From: Chiloscyllium plagiosum
Lineage: Eukaryota
Length of the DNA: 64,000 bases
Reading direction: 5' to 3'
Assembly (NCBI RefSeq): GCF_004010195.1
Contig: NC_057750.1
Coordinates: forward strand, 10,752,047 to 10,816,046
Within the stretch, counting starts at the first letter, position 1, and each line of letters starts with the position of its first letter. This document shows, piece by piece, positions 39,501 to 52,214 of this stretch. A program made the translations under genes and the position numbers. Below the pieces are notes generated by a model, which saw only the letters and a program-made list of their open reading frames with translations, did not search any database and was not told the origin of the DNA.

Positions 39501-41689
39501 CCTGACTTGGAAATGTCTACATCCCATGGATTTTAACGATTTGTCTCTGATGCTGCTGCTTTCTGAATTCCAGATCAGGATTGACTCCTACTCCTAACAA
39601 CTGAAAGCACATGATCGTTCCACCAACATAATCTAAAATCTAGGGAAAATCCCAAATCCAGCACAGTTTGAGTCCTGGATTTCAGGCATTCGACTTTGAA
39701 GAGATTGTAGGACTAGCAAAATGAGGAGTAGGTGAAAAGACTAATGGAGATGCCTTTAGGTGAGGCTTGATAAACAAGATGGAAATCAGAGGAGATGGAA
39801 ACAGAGGACAAGATGGGCGATCGATATAATGGACTGGATGCAGGTAACAGTTGGGAATGTTTGAGGGCAGCATAGGTCAGATAGAGGGGGATAGCTTGGG
39901 AAGTCAACCTTCTGGGAAGATAGATAATCATATGGGCAAGAGGAGTAAAAGGCATGTTTGTGAGGTTAGATGAAGGTGAAGGGCCAGCGAAGGTTCAGGT
40001 GAAGTTTAATTGCTGCACTGCTCCTCAGACACATCCCCCTGCTAAAGGAAAGGTTTTAAAGTTTAACATTCATCCTAAACATACCCAGTTCAAGCTGACA
40101 GATGGCTGCCGACAGAGGGATTTTGTCATCAAATTGAATGACGGGAGGCCACGTCCCCATGCTGCCCAGTATATGCCCCAATGGATGAACTTCAATAGAA
40201 CTGGATGAACTAATGTAATCCCACTCAAATCCGACATCAACCACCCTCCCCCCTTTTCCCACACATTATTAACTTATTCTCATTCTGGCTGCAGCCTTAA
40301 ATAGCTCATTGATCAGACTCCACTCAGAATTCCAGAAGAACATTGAAATGGGAGGAGATCCATTCAGCCCTCAAGCCTGCTTAATGAGATTGTTGGTTAC
40401 CTCTTACCGAAACACGATTTACCCATCATTCTTCCTAACTCTTCTTCCCCTCTACAAGAGCCACAATCGATTGTTCTCAAATTTTCAATTGACCAACTGA
40501 GCTGACATCTGGTTTTTTTTCTGGGTGATAGTACAACACACTGCTACTACCCTTTGTGTGGAGAAGTATTTCCTAACATCTCAAATTGCCTGGCCCAGAT
40601 TTTGAGGCTTATGGCTAGGTGCCACAGAACTTGTGTATTGCTGAAGTCCAGTATTGCACAAGGCAGGCTCTCAATGTGGCTTACTTTTGCTTGATAGATA
40701 TCCAGATACAAGGCCCTGTTCTTTGCAACCAGAATTAAAGTATCTACGTTTTGCACCTTTTTCGGTTAAACAATAGTTTGAGGGTAGCTATTGCCTGGTT
40801 CACTTCCCATGGAGATGCCTTGACAAGAGTTGACTTCCCTGGCTTGAATTTAAATAAAATCTTGCTAGTTAAACGCTCCCTTAGTGAATTCTCCATGGCA
40901 ACATCTTCATCAACCACAGCTCACTTGCCAACTAATCAGTACCCTTTTTTTCCTGCTGTGTAAATTCCTGTTCCCTTTCAGATTTGATATTCTTATAATT
41001 GTCCTGATCGCATGCAAATTGCAAAGCTTCAACGGCATCTCTCTTTATCAGCAATGCACAGTTTTGAAAGATAGGTTCCCATGTTCTAGACTCTCCAACA
41101 AACAGGAAATGTCCCTCTCCATTTTCTTTACTAAAACCTTTCAAAATCTCTAATGAGAACGTCAATCAAATCAAGCCATCAACCATACACCCTGAAATGG
41201 AGACAATTCTGAAGCTGATCAGTTGCGAGTTGCAAGGTTGCACCTGAATCTGGCTCATACTGAACCCATTGTAGCAGCTTTTTGCCTAATTTGAAACATT
41301 ACAAACACCCAATGTTTTATGTGGCTGCTTCCAGGTGAAACTTGCCTGGACAGGTCTCATGGGCCCTGCCCCTGATAACGAGAACAATCAGTGAGCTGAC
41401 TGATCATCCAAGAATAGAAAGTTAATGTTAGGGTGTTTTCAACATCCTGCCCAGACACTTTCTGTGTTTGTCTTAATGTTTTTAAATGATGGCTCCAAGC
41501 GTAGGGGCAATAATTACGCAAAAATACTTCCCTCGCAAGTTTTCCATAGTCTCCCACTAGTTTGGAGGCCAGAGTCTGAGAGCGTATACAAACTGTCATT
41601 CAGGTTCCAAGTGCCTTACATTCACCTCAGCTCATTTGCTCAGAGTGCAGGATTTCACTCAGTCTTATGAATTGTCCCCAACCTCTCTT

Positions 41690-42250
41690 GCCTCTCCACT
41701 ATTATTGCTGGAACAGGTCAGAGGCTGGAAATCCTGCCTCAAGTAAGCCACCCCCTGACTCCCTATCCAGTATCTACAACTTGAAAGTCAGGAGCATGAG
41801 GGAGTACTCTCCATTTGCCTGCATGAGTGCTACTCCAACAACACTCAAGAATCTTGACACCATCCAGGTCAAAGGAATCTGCTTGTTTGATACCACATCC
41901 ACCATCTTCAAAATCCACTCCCTCTACCACCAATTCTCAGTACTCACAATGTGTACAATCTTACAAGATGTACTTCAGCAACCACCCAGACTTCTTAGAC
42001 AACACCTTCTAAACCCATGACCACTACCTGCAGAAGGACAAGAGAACAGATACATGGGAACATCACCCCCTGCATGTTTCCCTTCAAGCCACTCATCATC
42101 CTACCTTGGAGGTATATCATCTTCCCTTTATTGGTGTGGGGTCAAAATCCTACAACTCCCTCCCTAACTGCATTGTGGATCTACCTACAACACATGGGGT
42201 TGCTACAGTTCAAGAAGGCCAATAAATACCAACATCCCAAGAAATAATTA
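41690..42250 (+). mobile_element. Second CR1-like LINE family, ORF2 C-terminus and tail
   Basis: SLSSIYNLKVRSMREYSPFACMSATPTTLKNLDTIQ..HSLYHQ matches the CR1-clade YKAxVRxxxEY motif. Confidence 0.75.
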
Positions 42251-42714
42251 TTTTTTTAAAAATGACCTTGGTGTTATCAGCCCATCTTCCCTAACAAACA
42301 TTTATGGGTCAGGGATTTCTTGGGAAATCTGAAGGCCTTATATTGACATCTCAGAAATACTCCATCTTTTCATCATCAATCTCATTCCTATTCCCTGGTC
42401 ATTTACTCTCGCTGACCAAATTGTTGCAAGCTGAAATTGCGACCACAGATCTTCTACTTTACAAGCTACTTATATGTCATACTCCATCTCTGACCCAGCC
42501 TCAGTCCACTTGTTGTTGAACCCCTTTCTCACCTACAAGCTCTCTCATGAAGACGTTCTCCTTCGGTTGACATCCCATCCTTCACAATAACCCTGCTCCC
42601 AATCACCCCTGTTCATATTTACCTAAAATGGCTCCCAATCTCCGTGATGTTATGTTTAAAAATTTGATTGTTGTGTTCAAATCCCTCCATGGCCTCATCC
42701 TCTCCCTCACCTTC

Positions 42715-44490
42715 TCCAATTCTGCCCAAGTTGATTGAGTATGTTACTGCATGGCGGATGAAGCATAATGTGAACAAACGTGATGTTATCCAGTTTAATA
42801 GTAAAAACAGGAAAGCAGATTATCTGATTTGTGATATATTGGGAAAGGGGGAGGTGCAATGAAACCTGGGTGCCCTTGTACACCAGTCACTGTAAGTCAG
42901 CGTGAGGGTGCAGTAGACAGTGAAGAAGACAAATGGCATGTTGGTTTTCATGATGAGATGATTCGAGTCTGGCAGCGATGCTTTACTGCAGTTGTACATT
43001 TCCTTGGTGAGACCACACCTAGAGTATCATGTGCAGCTTTGATCTCTTTATCTGAGGAAAGATGTTCTGGCTATGGTGGGAGAACAAAAAAACTTTACTG
43101 GATTGATTCCTAGGATGGCATGACTGATGTATGAAGACAGACTGGTTCAGTTAAGACCAAATTCACTAGAATTTGGTAAAATGAGGGAGATTCTCATACA
43201 GACCTATAAAATTCCGACAGGACCAGACAGGGTAAATGTAGGAAGGATGTTCCCAATGACCGGGATTCCAGAACCAGGGATCACCATCTAAGAATACAGG
43301 GTAGGCCATTTAGAAGTGAGATTGTATGATTGTAACGAGGTCAGCCAACTTAACGTTATAGGATATGAGTTCACTGATTGGGGCTCTTAATCTGGTCCAA
43401 TCAGGGAGTGAAAAAGGGTGAGTGTCAGAGATACTGACCCTCTGGTATCTGACTCTGAGTGAGGCAATACTAAAGTCAATGACTGCCCATGTGCAAATAA
43501 AAGGGGACTTGATGACAGGATACCAGGAGGGTTAAACAGCATCATAAACTCCAATGCCAAACACAAGATGCCATCAAGTGAGAGAGACAGTTTGATACCT
43601 TTGGTGTAAGAATCACAGAAATGGTCCTGCATGTGTAACAGGCACAGTCAATGCAAGGTCAGGACCAATGATGTATATAAAGTTCAGGTAGTGCCATGTT
43701 CCTGAATAAGCATGTGGATCCTATGAAAGCTGTTAATGCGCAAATGGTGCAGAAGTAAAATGTGCTCTGTCCTTTGAAACTTTCGAAAATGCTGCCAGAA
43801 CCCGTGGATTCACCCTGTCAAATATTTTCTAGTCCTCTGAATGAGAGATGGACATGACGGATGTAGCTGCCTCAATGCCTTTGCCACCAGAAGAAGATTG
43901 AAATTCTACCATGACGCTCCTGGCACAAGAGGCAAGCTTCCAAGCGTTACAGGCTGCCTGCATTGCATACTGAGTTGGAAGAACCTGACCTGGTGCTAAA
44001 ACGGCCCAGAAGGCTCTCCAACAAAACCGAACAGCCTATGTCCGCAGACTCAGAGGGGGAGGGATATAGTGATTGTAATGAGGGCAGCCAGCTGGTCCTC
44101 AGAGTATGAATTCCCTGATTGGGGCTGTTAATCTGGTCCAATCAGAGAGCTGGCTCGGAATGAGGCAGTACAAAAGTCAAGGATCATTCATGTAAAATAA
44201 AGAATAATTTGGTGACGGGATATTGGTCTCTGTGAGTTACTTCAGAGATAATGAGCAATTTCTTCAACCAAAGAGTAGCGAGCTTGCAGAATTCTCTGTC
44301 ACAGAAAGTCTTTAAGGCCAAAACATTGAATGTTTTCAAGAAGAAGTTAAGTATAGTTCTTAGGGCTAAAGGGATCAAAGAGAATGGAGAGAAATTGGGA
44401 ACCAGGGACTGGGTTGGATTATCAGCCATGATCATACTGAATAGCAGAGCAAGCCCAAAGGACTGAAAGGCCTAATCATGCTGCTATTTT
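42715..44490 (+). mobile_element. Old CR1 LINE fragment hosting the deleted LTR element
   Basis: ggtgagaccacacctagagtatcatgtgcag (VRPHLEY) ... ccatttagaagtgagat [insert] aatgagcaatttcttcaaccaaagagtag (NFFNQRV). Confidence 0.85.
43323..44244 (+). mobile_element. Internally deleted Gypsy element, same family as 29892-34376
   Basis: LTR-like blocks at about 43323-43530 and 44067-44244, TG..CA outer termini, perfect 5-bp TSD gagat, PPT agagggggaggga; the interior matches only the integrase C-terminal tail. Confidence 0.88.
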
Positions 44491-45009
44491 GTATATAATG
44501 AACTTTATGTAATAAAACGTTCTCATAATAATTAAAAAGTGGCATTTAATCTGCACCATTCATGACACGAGAACAATGCAAATAAGGGAAAAGCGATTGA
44601 TTCAAAGTCAGAGGTCCCCTATAGCCAGGTTGAACTTTTTTTAAACATTCTTCGGATATCTGGTCAGCATGGACAAGTTGAACCGAATGGTCTGTTTCTG
44701 TGCTGTACATTTCTCTCTGATTCTGCTTTTCCAGAAAGAAATTCAGGAGTTTTAATGGTCTGTCTTTTCTCAATTTATGCAGAAGGATTGAGAATAAAAG
44801 AGAGATGAGCATTCCTGATTTTTGCTTGCTAATGTTCATCCTAGTTTTAACATCTGATACCCCTCAACATAACTTTGGGTTGGGATATCTGGTCGGCGTG
44901 GACGGGTTGGACTGAAGGGTCTGTTTCCATGCTGTACATCTCTATGACTATGACTCTATTCTTGCAGTTTTCTTGTTATAAAGTCAGAAAGATGTACTGC
45001 ACTAAAACA

Positions 45010-45990
45010 GCCGTCTATCCAACTTGTCCACGCTGACCAGATATCCTAAATTAATCTAGTCCCATTTGCCAGCATTGAGCTCATATCCCTCTAAAACATT
45101 CCTATACATGTACCCATCAAGATGCCTTTTAAATGTTGTAGTTGTACCATCCTTGCCACTTCCTCCGGCAGCTCGTTCCATATAAGCACCACCCTCTGCA
45201 TGAAAAGTTGTCCCTTAGGTCTCTTTTAAATCTTTCTTCTCTCACCTTAAACCTATGCCCTCTAGTTTTGGACTCCCCCACTTCAGGGAAAAGACTTTGG
45301 CTATTCATCCTCTCCATGCCCCTCATGATTTTATAAACCTCTATAAGGTCACCCCTCGGTCTCTGACGCTCTGGGGAAAATAGCCCCGAACTATTCAGCT
45401 TCTCCCTATAGCTCAAACCCTACAAACCTGGCAACATCCTCGTAAATCTTTGCTGAGCCCTTTCAAGTTTCCCAACATCCTTTCTATAGCAGAGAGATTA
45501 CAATTGCACACAGTATTCTAAAAGTAGCCTAAGCAATGTCCTGTGAAAGCTGTGAATGTGCAACATGACTTCCCAACTCCTATGGTCAATGCACTGACCA
45601 ATAAAGGCAAGCATGACAATTGCCTTCTTCACTATCCTATCTACCAGAGACTCCACTTCCAAGGAACTCTTTGTTCAGCAACATTCCCCAAGAGCTTACC
45701 ATTAAGTATGTAGGTCCTGCACTGATCTGACTTTCCAAAATACAGCATCTCACATTTACCTAACTTAAACTCCATCTGCCACTCCTCGGCCCATCTGATC
45801 AAGATCCCTTTGTACACTGAGGTAACCTTCTTTGTTGTCCACTCGACCTCCAATTTTGGTGTAATCTGCAAACTGACTAACCATACCGCCTACGTTCACA
45901 TCCAAATCATTTTATATAAAGATGAAAAGTAGTGGACACCTCTGGCACATCACTGGTCACGAGCCTTCAGTCTGAAAAGCAATCCTCCAC
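45010..45990 (-). mobile_element. CR1/HER1 LINE fragment, tail-to-tail with a plus-strand CR1 tail at about 44875-44960
   Basis: SYREKLNSSGLFSPERQRPRGDLIEVYKIMRG; WAEEWQMEFKLGKCEMLYFG. Confidence 0.92.
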
Positions 45991-46221
45991 TGGTCTAGGA
46001 ACATAGAAATCCATGCAACCCAGTGAAACAGCTCCACCGTTTATTTGGATCAGTGGTTCCACTGTTTCAGGATCAATGCTTGTGGGACAGGATGATCCAT
46101 CATCTCATTTGAGAACTGAGATTTTCTTAGTATGTTCTCCCCCTTCCCGCTCCATCCCTCACCAAGTATCATTTTGGTCTACTTTAACCCCCGGTAATTG
46201 AGTATTTCCTGCCCACTCACA

Positions 46222-46488
46222 TTAAAGACCTTCTGCCCCAACACCCTGGAAACCAAGGATGCAGATGAGCCTTTGGTGTGGTTGTGTGGTCAGGGATCGG
46301 GGGTCAGCAAGGGTGTAGCAGGGGGATGGCTTAAAATTGCCCTGGTGCGTGACGTCAACTTGCCTTTTACTTTGCCTTATATACACCACACCCATACTGC
46401 AAGATAAAATGCAGGCACCAATTAGGACGGCGATTAAAATCAAAGTTAAAAGCAAGTTAACATTGGAATGTGTGGTGACTGTTTCCAT
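46222..46488 (-). CDS. Candidate small single-pass membrane protein (88 aa) or transmembrane exon; unverified
   Basis: METVTTHSNVN-LLLTLILIAVLIGACILSCSMGVVYI-RQSKRQ: hydrophobic segment followed by basic residues; acceptor cttctgtactcag ending at 46494; AATAAA on minus at 46045-46040; non-repetitive sequence. No family recognised. Confidence 0.3.
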   Translation of the reverse strand: METVTTHSNVNLLLTLILIAVLIGACILSCSMGVVYIRQSKRQVDVTHQGNFKPSPCYTLADPRSLTTQPHQRLICILGFQGVGAEGL

Positions 46489-47646
46489 CTGCTCTGAGTA
46501 CAGAAGCATTTCTTAGCGTGGCTTCTCCTGGAACATAAAATATCCCTGAATCTTATTTCCCCATGTCGTGCCCTCACATAATCACATAAGTAATTGCTTC
46601 TCATTCACAGCTAGTCTCATTGGAACCAGATTTTGTCCAGATCGCATAGGAGGTTATAAACTGCTAGTCGGAACTCACAGCTGCTGAGTTCCATGTCACA
46701 CACTTCCTGTGTGTCTTGGCAGATGCTTTATTCCGCATCCCCACCACCAAACACTCACCCGGTCCTTAATTGGAATTAGCTTTTGGTGTTCAAAGTTCTG
46801 GGTTATTTTATCTCTTTTTTTGGGAATAAAAAGAAAGAACTGGGGAATGATTCATTAACTGACGAAGAAATCATGATATTTTGATGTCTCACAAGGGAAC
46901 TCCTGCCAGATTTTGTGTAGTCTGGACAAACACTCATGTTTGTTTCTGAGCAAGTCTAGGCTTCAGGCAGGTGAAGTTCCTAATTCACTGAGGACCAACC
47001 AAAAAGATGTCAGGGCTCGGCAGCATCACTGGGCTGCAGGGGCTTATTCACTAACAGATTTCAGTCATAATGCAGGCTTCTGTGTCACAATGTTTTTGGG
47101 TGCAAATCCTACTCCAGAGACTTGAGCACAAGATCCAGGTTGATTCTCCCCTGGGAGCCCAGTACTATTGGAGGTGCTGTCTCTCTAGGTTGAGATGTTA
47201 AAGCAGAGACTCCATCTGCCCTATAGCATGAAAACTAATGAGCATTTGGGAATTTGCCACACAAGAGCCTGGGTTATTCTCCTGTGTCTGGCTCAATATT
47301 TGTCCCTTGATTGTTCAGGTTATCTGACCATTCCTTTGTTGCTGTTTGTGGGAGATTGCTAAGCACAAATTGGGTCTGTATTTCTCACATTGCCTATGCT
47401 TCAAAAGCATTTCATTAGCTGCAAGTGCTGGCAGCTGACCTATCAATTCTCTCTCTCTCGGTTAAAGTTTCAATTCGCCCAGTTGCAATGGAGGTTATTG
47501 GGAGATAACCTGAAGGGGTGATAGCCAAAGTGCTTGGGAACCCTCTTTTATAGTAGTGCCCACCCTGCCACACTCTCCTCAACAGCCCTGGTTCACCAGA
47601 GCAAACTAATATCAAACTCACCCCCCTCTAATGACCAGCTCTTTTC

Positions 47647-48267
47647 TGATGTCAGAGTGCAAACTATACAGCGGGATCATGGCTCAGTGGGAATTTAGAG
47701 CTGAAGGCATTTTGTAATAAACTGGTGTAGGTTTAGAGTTCCCCCTATCAGAAGCCTGAAAGAGGGGCAATGCACCATAAAGTGCAACACTGTGGTCTTC
47801 CCATTACTTTCCACTCACCGTTGACCCAGTCTCCCATTTTATGGGGTTGGCAGATTCCGCATTCTCATTGGTATAAACATGGTCCTTCATTTTAGGGTGA
47901 GGTCTGTCAAGAGGTGTTCACTATAAACGGCAGAAGAGGCTCTATGGACAGGCAATAAGGACCTCACATACTGAAGAGGCGATCAAAACTGAGGAATTGA
48001 CACTGCTGCCTCAATCTGGGCCCTCCTTTCACATTGGCTAGAGCCATGTTGAAGGTGGTGATGTCAGAGTGCAAACTATATGGCGGGATCATGGCTCACT
48101 GGGAATTTAGAGCTGAAGGCATTTTGTAATAAACTGGTAGGTTTACAGTTCCCCCTATCAGAAGCCTAAAGGAGGGCAATGCACCATAAAGTGCAACATT
48201 GTGGTCTTCCCATTGCTTTCCACTCACCGTTGACCCAGTCTCCCATTTTATGGGGTTGGCAGATTCC
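47647..48267. repeat. About 210-bp direct duplication (47647-47858 and 48059-48267) with 200-bp spacer
   Basis: Both run tgatgtcagagtgcaaactata...ggggttggcagattcc with few differences. Confidence 0.95.
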
Positions 48268-49409
48268 TAGGGCAGCTTACCTAACCTTGGGTCTACTTTG
48301 GAGACAATAGCACAGTTGTAATGTCATTGAACCCATTCAGAGGCCCACTTTAATATAGTGGGACGTGGGTTTAAATCCCACCCTGTTAGATGGTGAAACT
48401 GGAATCCAATTTTAAAAAGATGAAATTAAAAGTCAACCAATGGTGACCATTGTCATAAAATATGCTTGGTTCACTAATTCTCTTTAGGGAAGGAAATCTG
48501 CCATCCTTACCTAGTCTGGCCTACATGTGGCTCTAGAATCACAGCAATATGATTGGTTCCTAACTGCCCTCTCACACAGCCAATCAAGCCATTCAGTTCA
48601 AGGACAATTAAGTACAGGTAACAAATGCTGGGCCAGCCAGTGTCACCGACACTCCATGATGCATTAAATGTGGTCAATCCCACTCCTGCCATTACTTTGT
48701 CATTGAGTGGGTTAGGCCCACATCACTAGATAGGAACACAGGTTTCAGAGGAACATTAGAAGCGAGCATTCAACAGCTGGAACACTCTGCTGCCCATGAG
48801 GAGTTTGATAATCACTTATCAACATGATTACCAAAGAAGAGGTACTTTAGGGTAAATAGCTTTCAGGGTGATGGGGTGGGGTTGGGGCACTAGGACAGAG
48901 AGAATTATTTTGCAGAGAGCTGGAATGGTCTCAATGAGCTGCATGGTTTCCTTTTGTGCGATAATGACTTTCTGAACTCCTTGAAAGGCAAAGGTCAGAA
49001 GATCAGAGTGTTGGTAGTGACAATTCTACTTATGAATTGAATGGAATTTTTTTCTAATGAAGTCAAGGAGATTTATCACAAGTTAAGGTCCCTCCCTTAT
49101 CCTTTCCGACGATCTGTAGGTTTTAATCGCTATTCTATCATTTAACTGACATTTATTCAACAATTTTCAAAATCATTTCTGATCATAACACCTCTCTCTT
49201 TTGTGACTGAAGGAATGTCCTTAATCTCCCATTATTTTCCAATCTTCTATATGTCAGCTGAGGGGGCCTCACTCAGAGTCAAGCTTTGGAAGCCCTGTTC
49301 TGAAGACTGAAACACAGAACAATCATGTTCTTGATCCCATTGTCCTGCTACAGAGGCTGCTGAGGAAAGGAAAACATTCACTTTCTTTCGGAAACCGTTG
49401 CATGAGTCT

Positions 49410-49565
49410 ATGAGAAAGATGGCAGAAAATGAAAGAGAGAGCAAGATGGGGGAAAATGCAAGGGAGAGTAAGATGGGGGGAAGAAGTGAAGGCGAGCAAG
49501 ATGAGATAAGATACAAGAGAAAACAACAATATGGAAGACATAAAAATGAACAAGATGGGGGGGAA
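49410..49565. repeat. Purine-rich degenerate tandem repeat
   Basis: Recurrent gagcaagatggggg(g)aa units. Confidence 0.65.
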
Positions 49566-49934
49566 TATGTAAAAGAATCTGGGCTGATATTCCCAGCTCC
49601 AATACTGAGGAAGTGACAGACTGACAAAGGTGCTGTCTTTCAGATGAGATATCAGGCGTTGGGCCTCCTCATGCATATGTGAAGATGAAGATCCCCTGGC
49701 GCTATGTCAGAGTAAACACATCAGAGATAATCTGGCTATCCTTTTATTATTGTTTGGGAGAGCTTGCTTTATGCAAAATGCTTGCTATGGACCCCTACCT
49801 AATTGCAGTGACTCGATTGCATACTGTGCTTTTATTGGTTGCAGGAAGTTTTGGGAGATGGTGAAAAATGCTACATAAATGCTAACTCTCTCATTCCTAA
49901 CCGCAGCATCAAATCCATTGCTATCTTGAAAGCA

Positions 49935-50380
49935 CAGAAAATAGAAGGAGTAAGCCATTCAGCCCTTCCAGCCTGCTCCACCATTAATATAATCCAAGTC
50001 AGTACTCTGTTCCCACTTTCTTTCCATACCCTTTGATCCTTTTAGCTTGAAGAACTATATTTAACTCGTTCTTGAAAATATTCAGTGTTTTGGCCTCAAC
50101 CACTTTTGGTGGCAGAGAATTCCCTAAGCCCACTGCTCTCTAGCTGAAGACATTTCTCCTTGTCTCAGTCTTAAATGGCCTACCATGTATCTTTAGACTG
50201 TGATCCTTGTTTCTGGATTCCCCAGTCATTAGAAGCAACCATTTTCCCTGTCTATTCTAGTTAGAATTTTATAGATTTTTATGAAATCCTTCACTCATTT
50301 TTCTAAACTCCGGTGTATATAGACCTAACTAGTCCAGTCTCTCTTCATATGGCAGTCCTGCCATCCCAGGAGTCAATCTG
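49935..50380 (-). mobile_element. Old CR1 3' fragment
   Basis: Reverse complement resembles 44245-44490 and 43100-43320. Confidence 0.75.
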
Positions 50381-52214
50381 GACACTGTCAGCCAGCTCTA
50401 AAGCCATGTATTCCATTTGCGTCATTTTGTAAACAGCAAAGCTGGGCACGTTCTATTAACAGGTTATCGTGACGCCTGAATATCCTTTCCCACCGGCAAT
50501 CCCCTGGTTGCACAAACATGCGACTCATAAACAAGTAAGGAATGATTTGTCTTCCCTTGGAGTACACAGGAAATGGAGGCCAAGCTAATCTCAGACTGAA
50601 TCACAAGAGCGGAGATCAGAGTTAAATCAGTTTTCGGAATAAAATAGATTATGATTCACCTCATCCACACATGCCTGAGGCTGCTCACTCTGTTCCAACT
50701 CTCTCATCTCACTACTGTCCCACATTGTAAAGAGGGGCTTTTGTTTGTTGTGGTGACTCTGCTTTCTTGCTGTTCTGTCCAGTTGATGGTTTGCAAGTAA
50801 AATTGTTCCAGCTTGCTAGGGTCTTGGAGGGGGTGGGGAGGAGGCAGGAAGAAGTGATTAGCAGAGATCAGAGAGTTTCAGATGAGGCTGAAGCTGCAGT
50901 TAGACAATTACTTAGAAGAGATCCAGCTAAATGCTTCGGGACATTTCAAATTGGATCCTGGGTCAACCTTGACCTGCCAGCTGCCCCAAGTTTCAGGCCA
51001 CTCCGAGTTGGCTGCCTGTTCACTGGCAGAAGTGCTGTTAACCCTTTGCATTGCCCTGACGTCTCCAGCTATCGGGTTCAAGAAGCTACACATGGATACA
51101 AATATACAATCCAGAGTGGACCATTTGGTCCTTCAAATCTACCCCAACATTCAACAGATGACCTGATTTTAACCTAAACTCCACATTTCTGCTTACCACA
51201 ATAATAGAGATGCTAAACCTTCACCCAGCCCTCATTCCTTCTGCCACCCTTGGCACCACCTCCCTCTGTTTGATCTTCTTTTATTATTGGGATGTGGGCA
51301 TTGCTGTCTCAGCCAGCATTTGTTGACCATCCCTAACTGCCCTCAGGAAAGGTGCTGACTGCCTGCTTGAACTGCTGCAACCTAGTGTATGCTGACTCGC
51401 AGTTTTGTTTTTCCTGCAGTGGTTTAACAGAACTGAGTGGCTTGCTTGGCCATTTGCAAGGGCAGGTCATGGACAGCTGTATTGTGGTGGGTCTGGAGTC
51501 ATGTGTAGACCAAACTGGCAAAGGGTGGCTGATTTCCTTTTCTGAAGGCTGCCAGATTTCATGGTACAATTTGAATGCATACCTCCAGGTATTGCTTTGG
51601 TTACTTTGCTTCCTGGTCCAGTGACAATACCATTGTGCCCCCACTCCCCAACTCTTCATCACAAAAGTCAGTCTCAATAAGTCTCCCCTTATTGCCTTCT
51701 TAGCACCATCTTTCTCACATCCTAACACACTGTAACAAATAAGTGTGATCGAGATATTACTTTATGAAGGGTTTTGTGGACCCATATAAATATATTTTGA
51801 ATTTTTTAACAGAAGACACTTTTCAATACTCATTTTGGAAGGACAGAACCTGCAAATTGCTAAGAGAAAACTTTTGTCAAAGTTTTTCAGCTTGCACTCC
51901 TCAGGACAATTCATGAGAATACCATTTCATAGGGATAACCAACCTTTTACTGCAAGACTGGAAAGTGCTCATTATTTCTTGAGTGGGTTGTTAGAGGCAC
52001 AAATGAATGATGATTGGTAGTTACTCTCAGGTTTTCTTCAAATTTTAAACTGGGTATTAAATGTTAAACTCTGGTTAGTCAGGGCATTGCCTGAGAAATG
52101 AACCAGCCTGAGAAAAGTCACTTATTTCATTGAGTTTAAATAGTTGTAGCATCTGTATATATTATTTCTGTCTGAAAAGAACAGGACCCCATGTATTAAT
52201 AAGGAGAGTTGATG

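Noticed and set aside
49247..49676. Hydrophobic and charged ORFs on both strands
   Set aside because: Composition is explained by the purine-rich tandem repeat.
50767..51177. Overlapping 136-aa and 94-aa ORFs
   Set aside because: No domain or convincing splice pair; the 3' end runs into a repeat.
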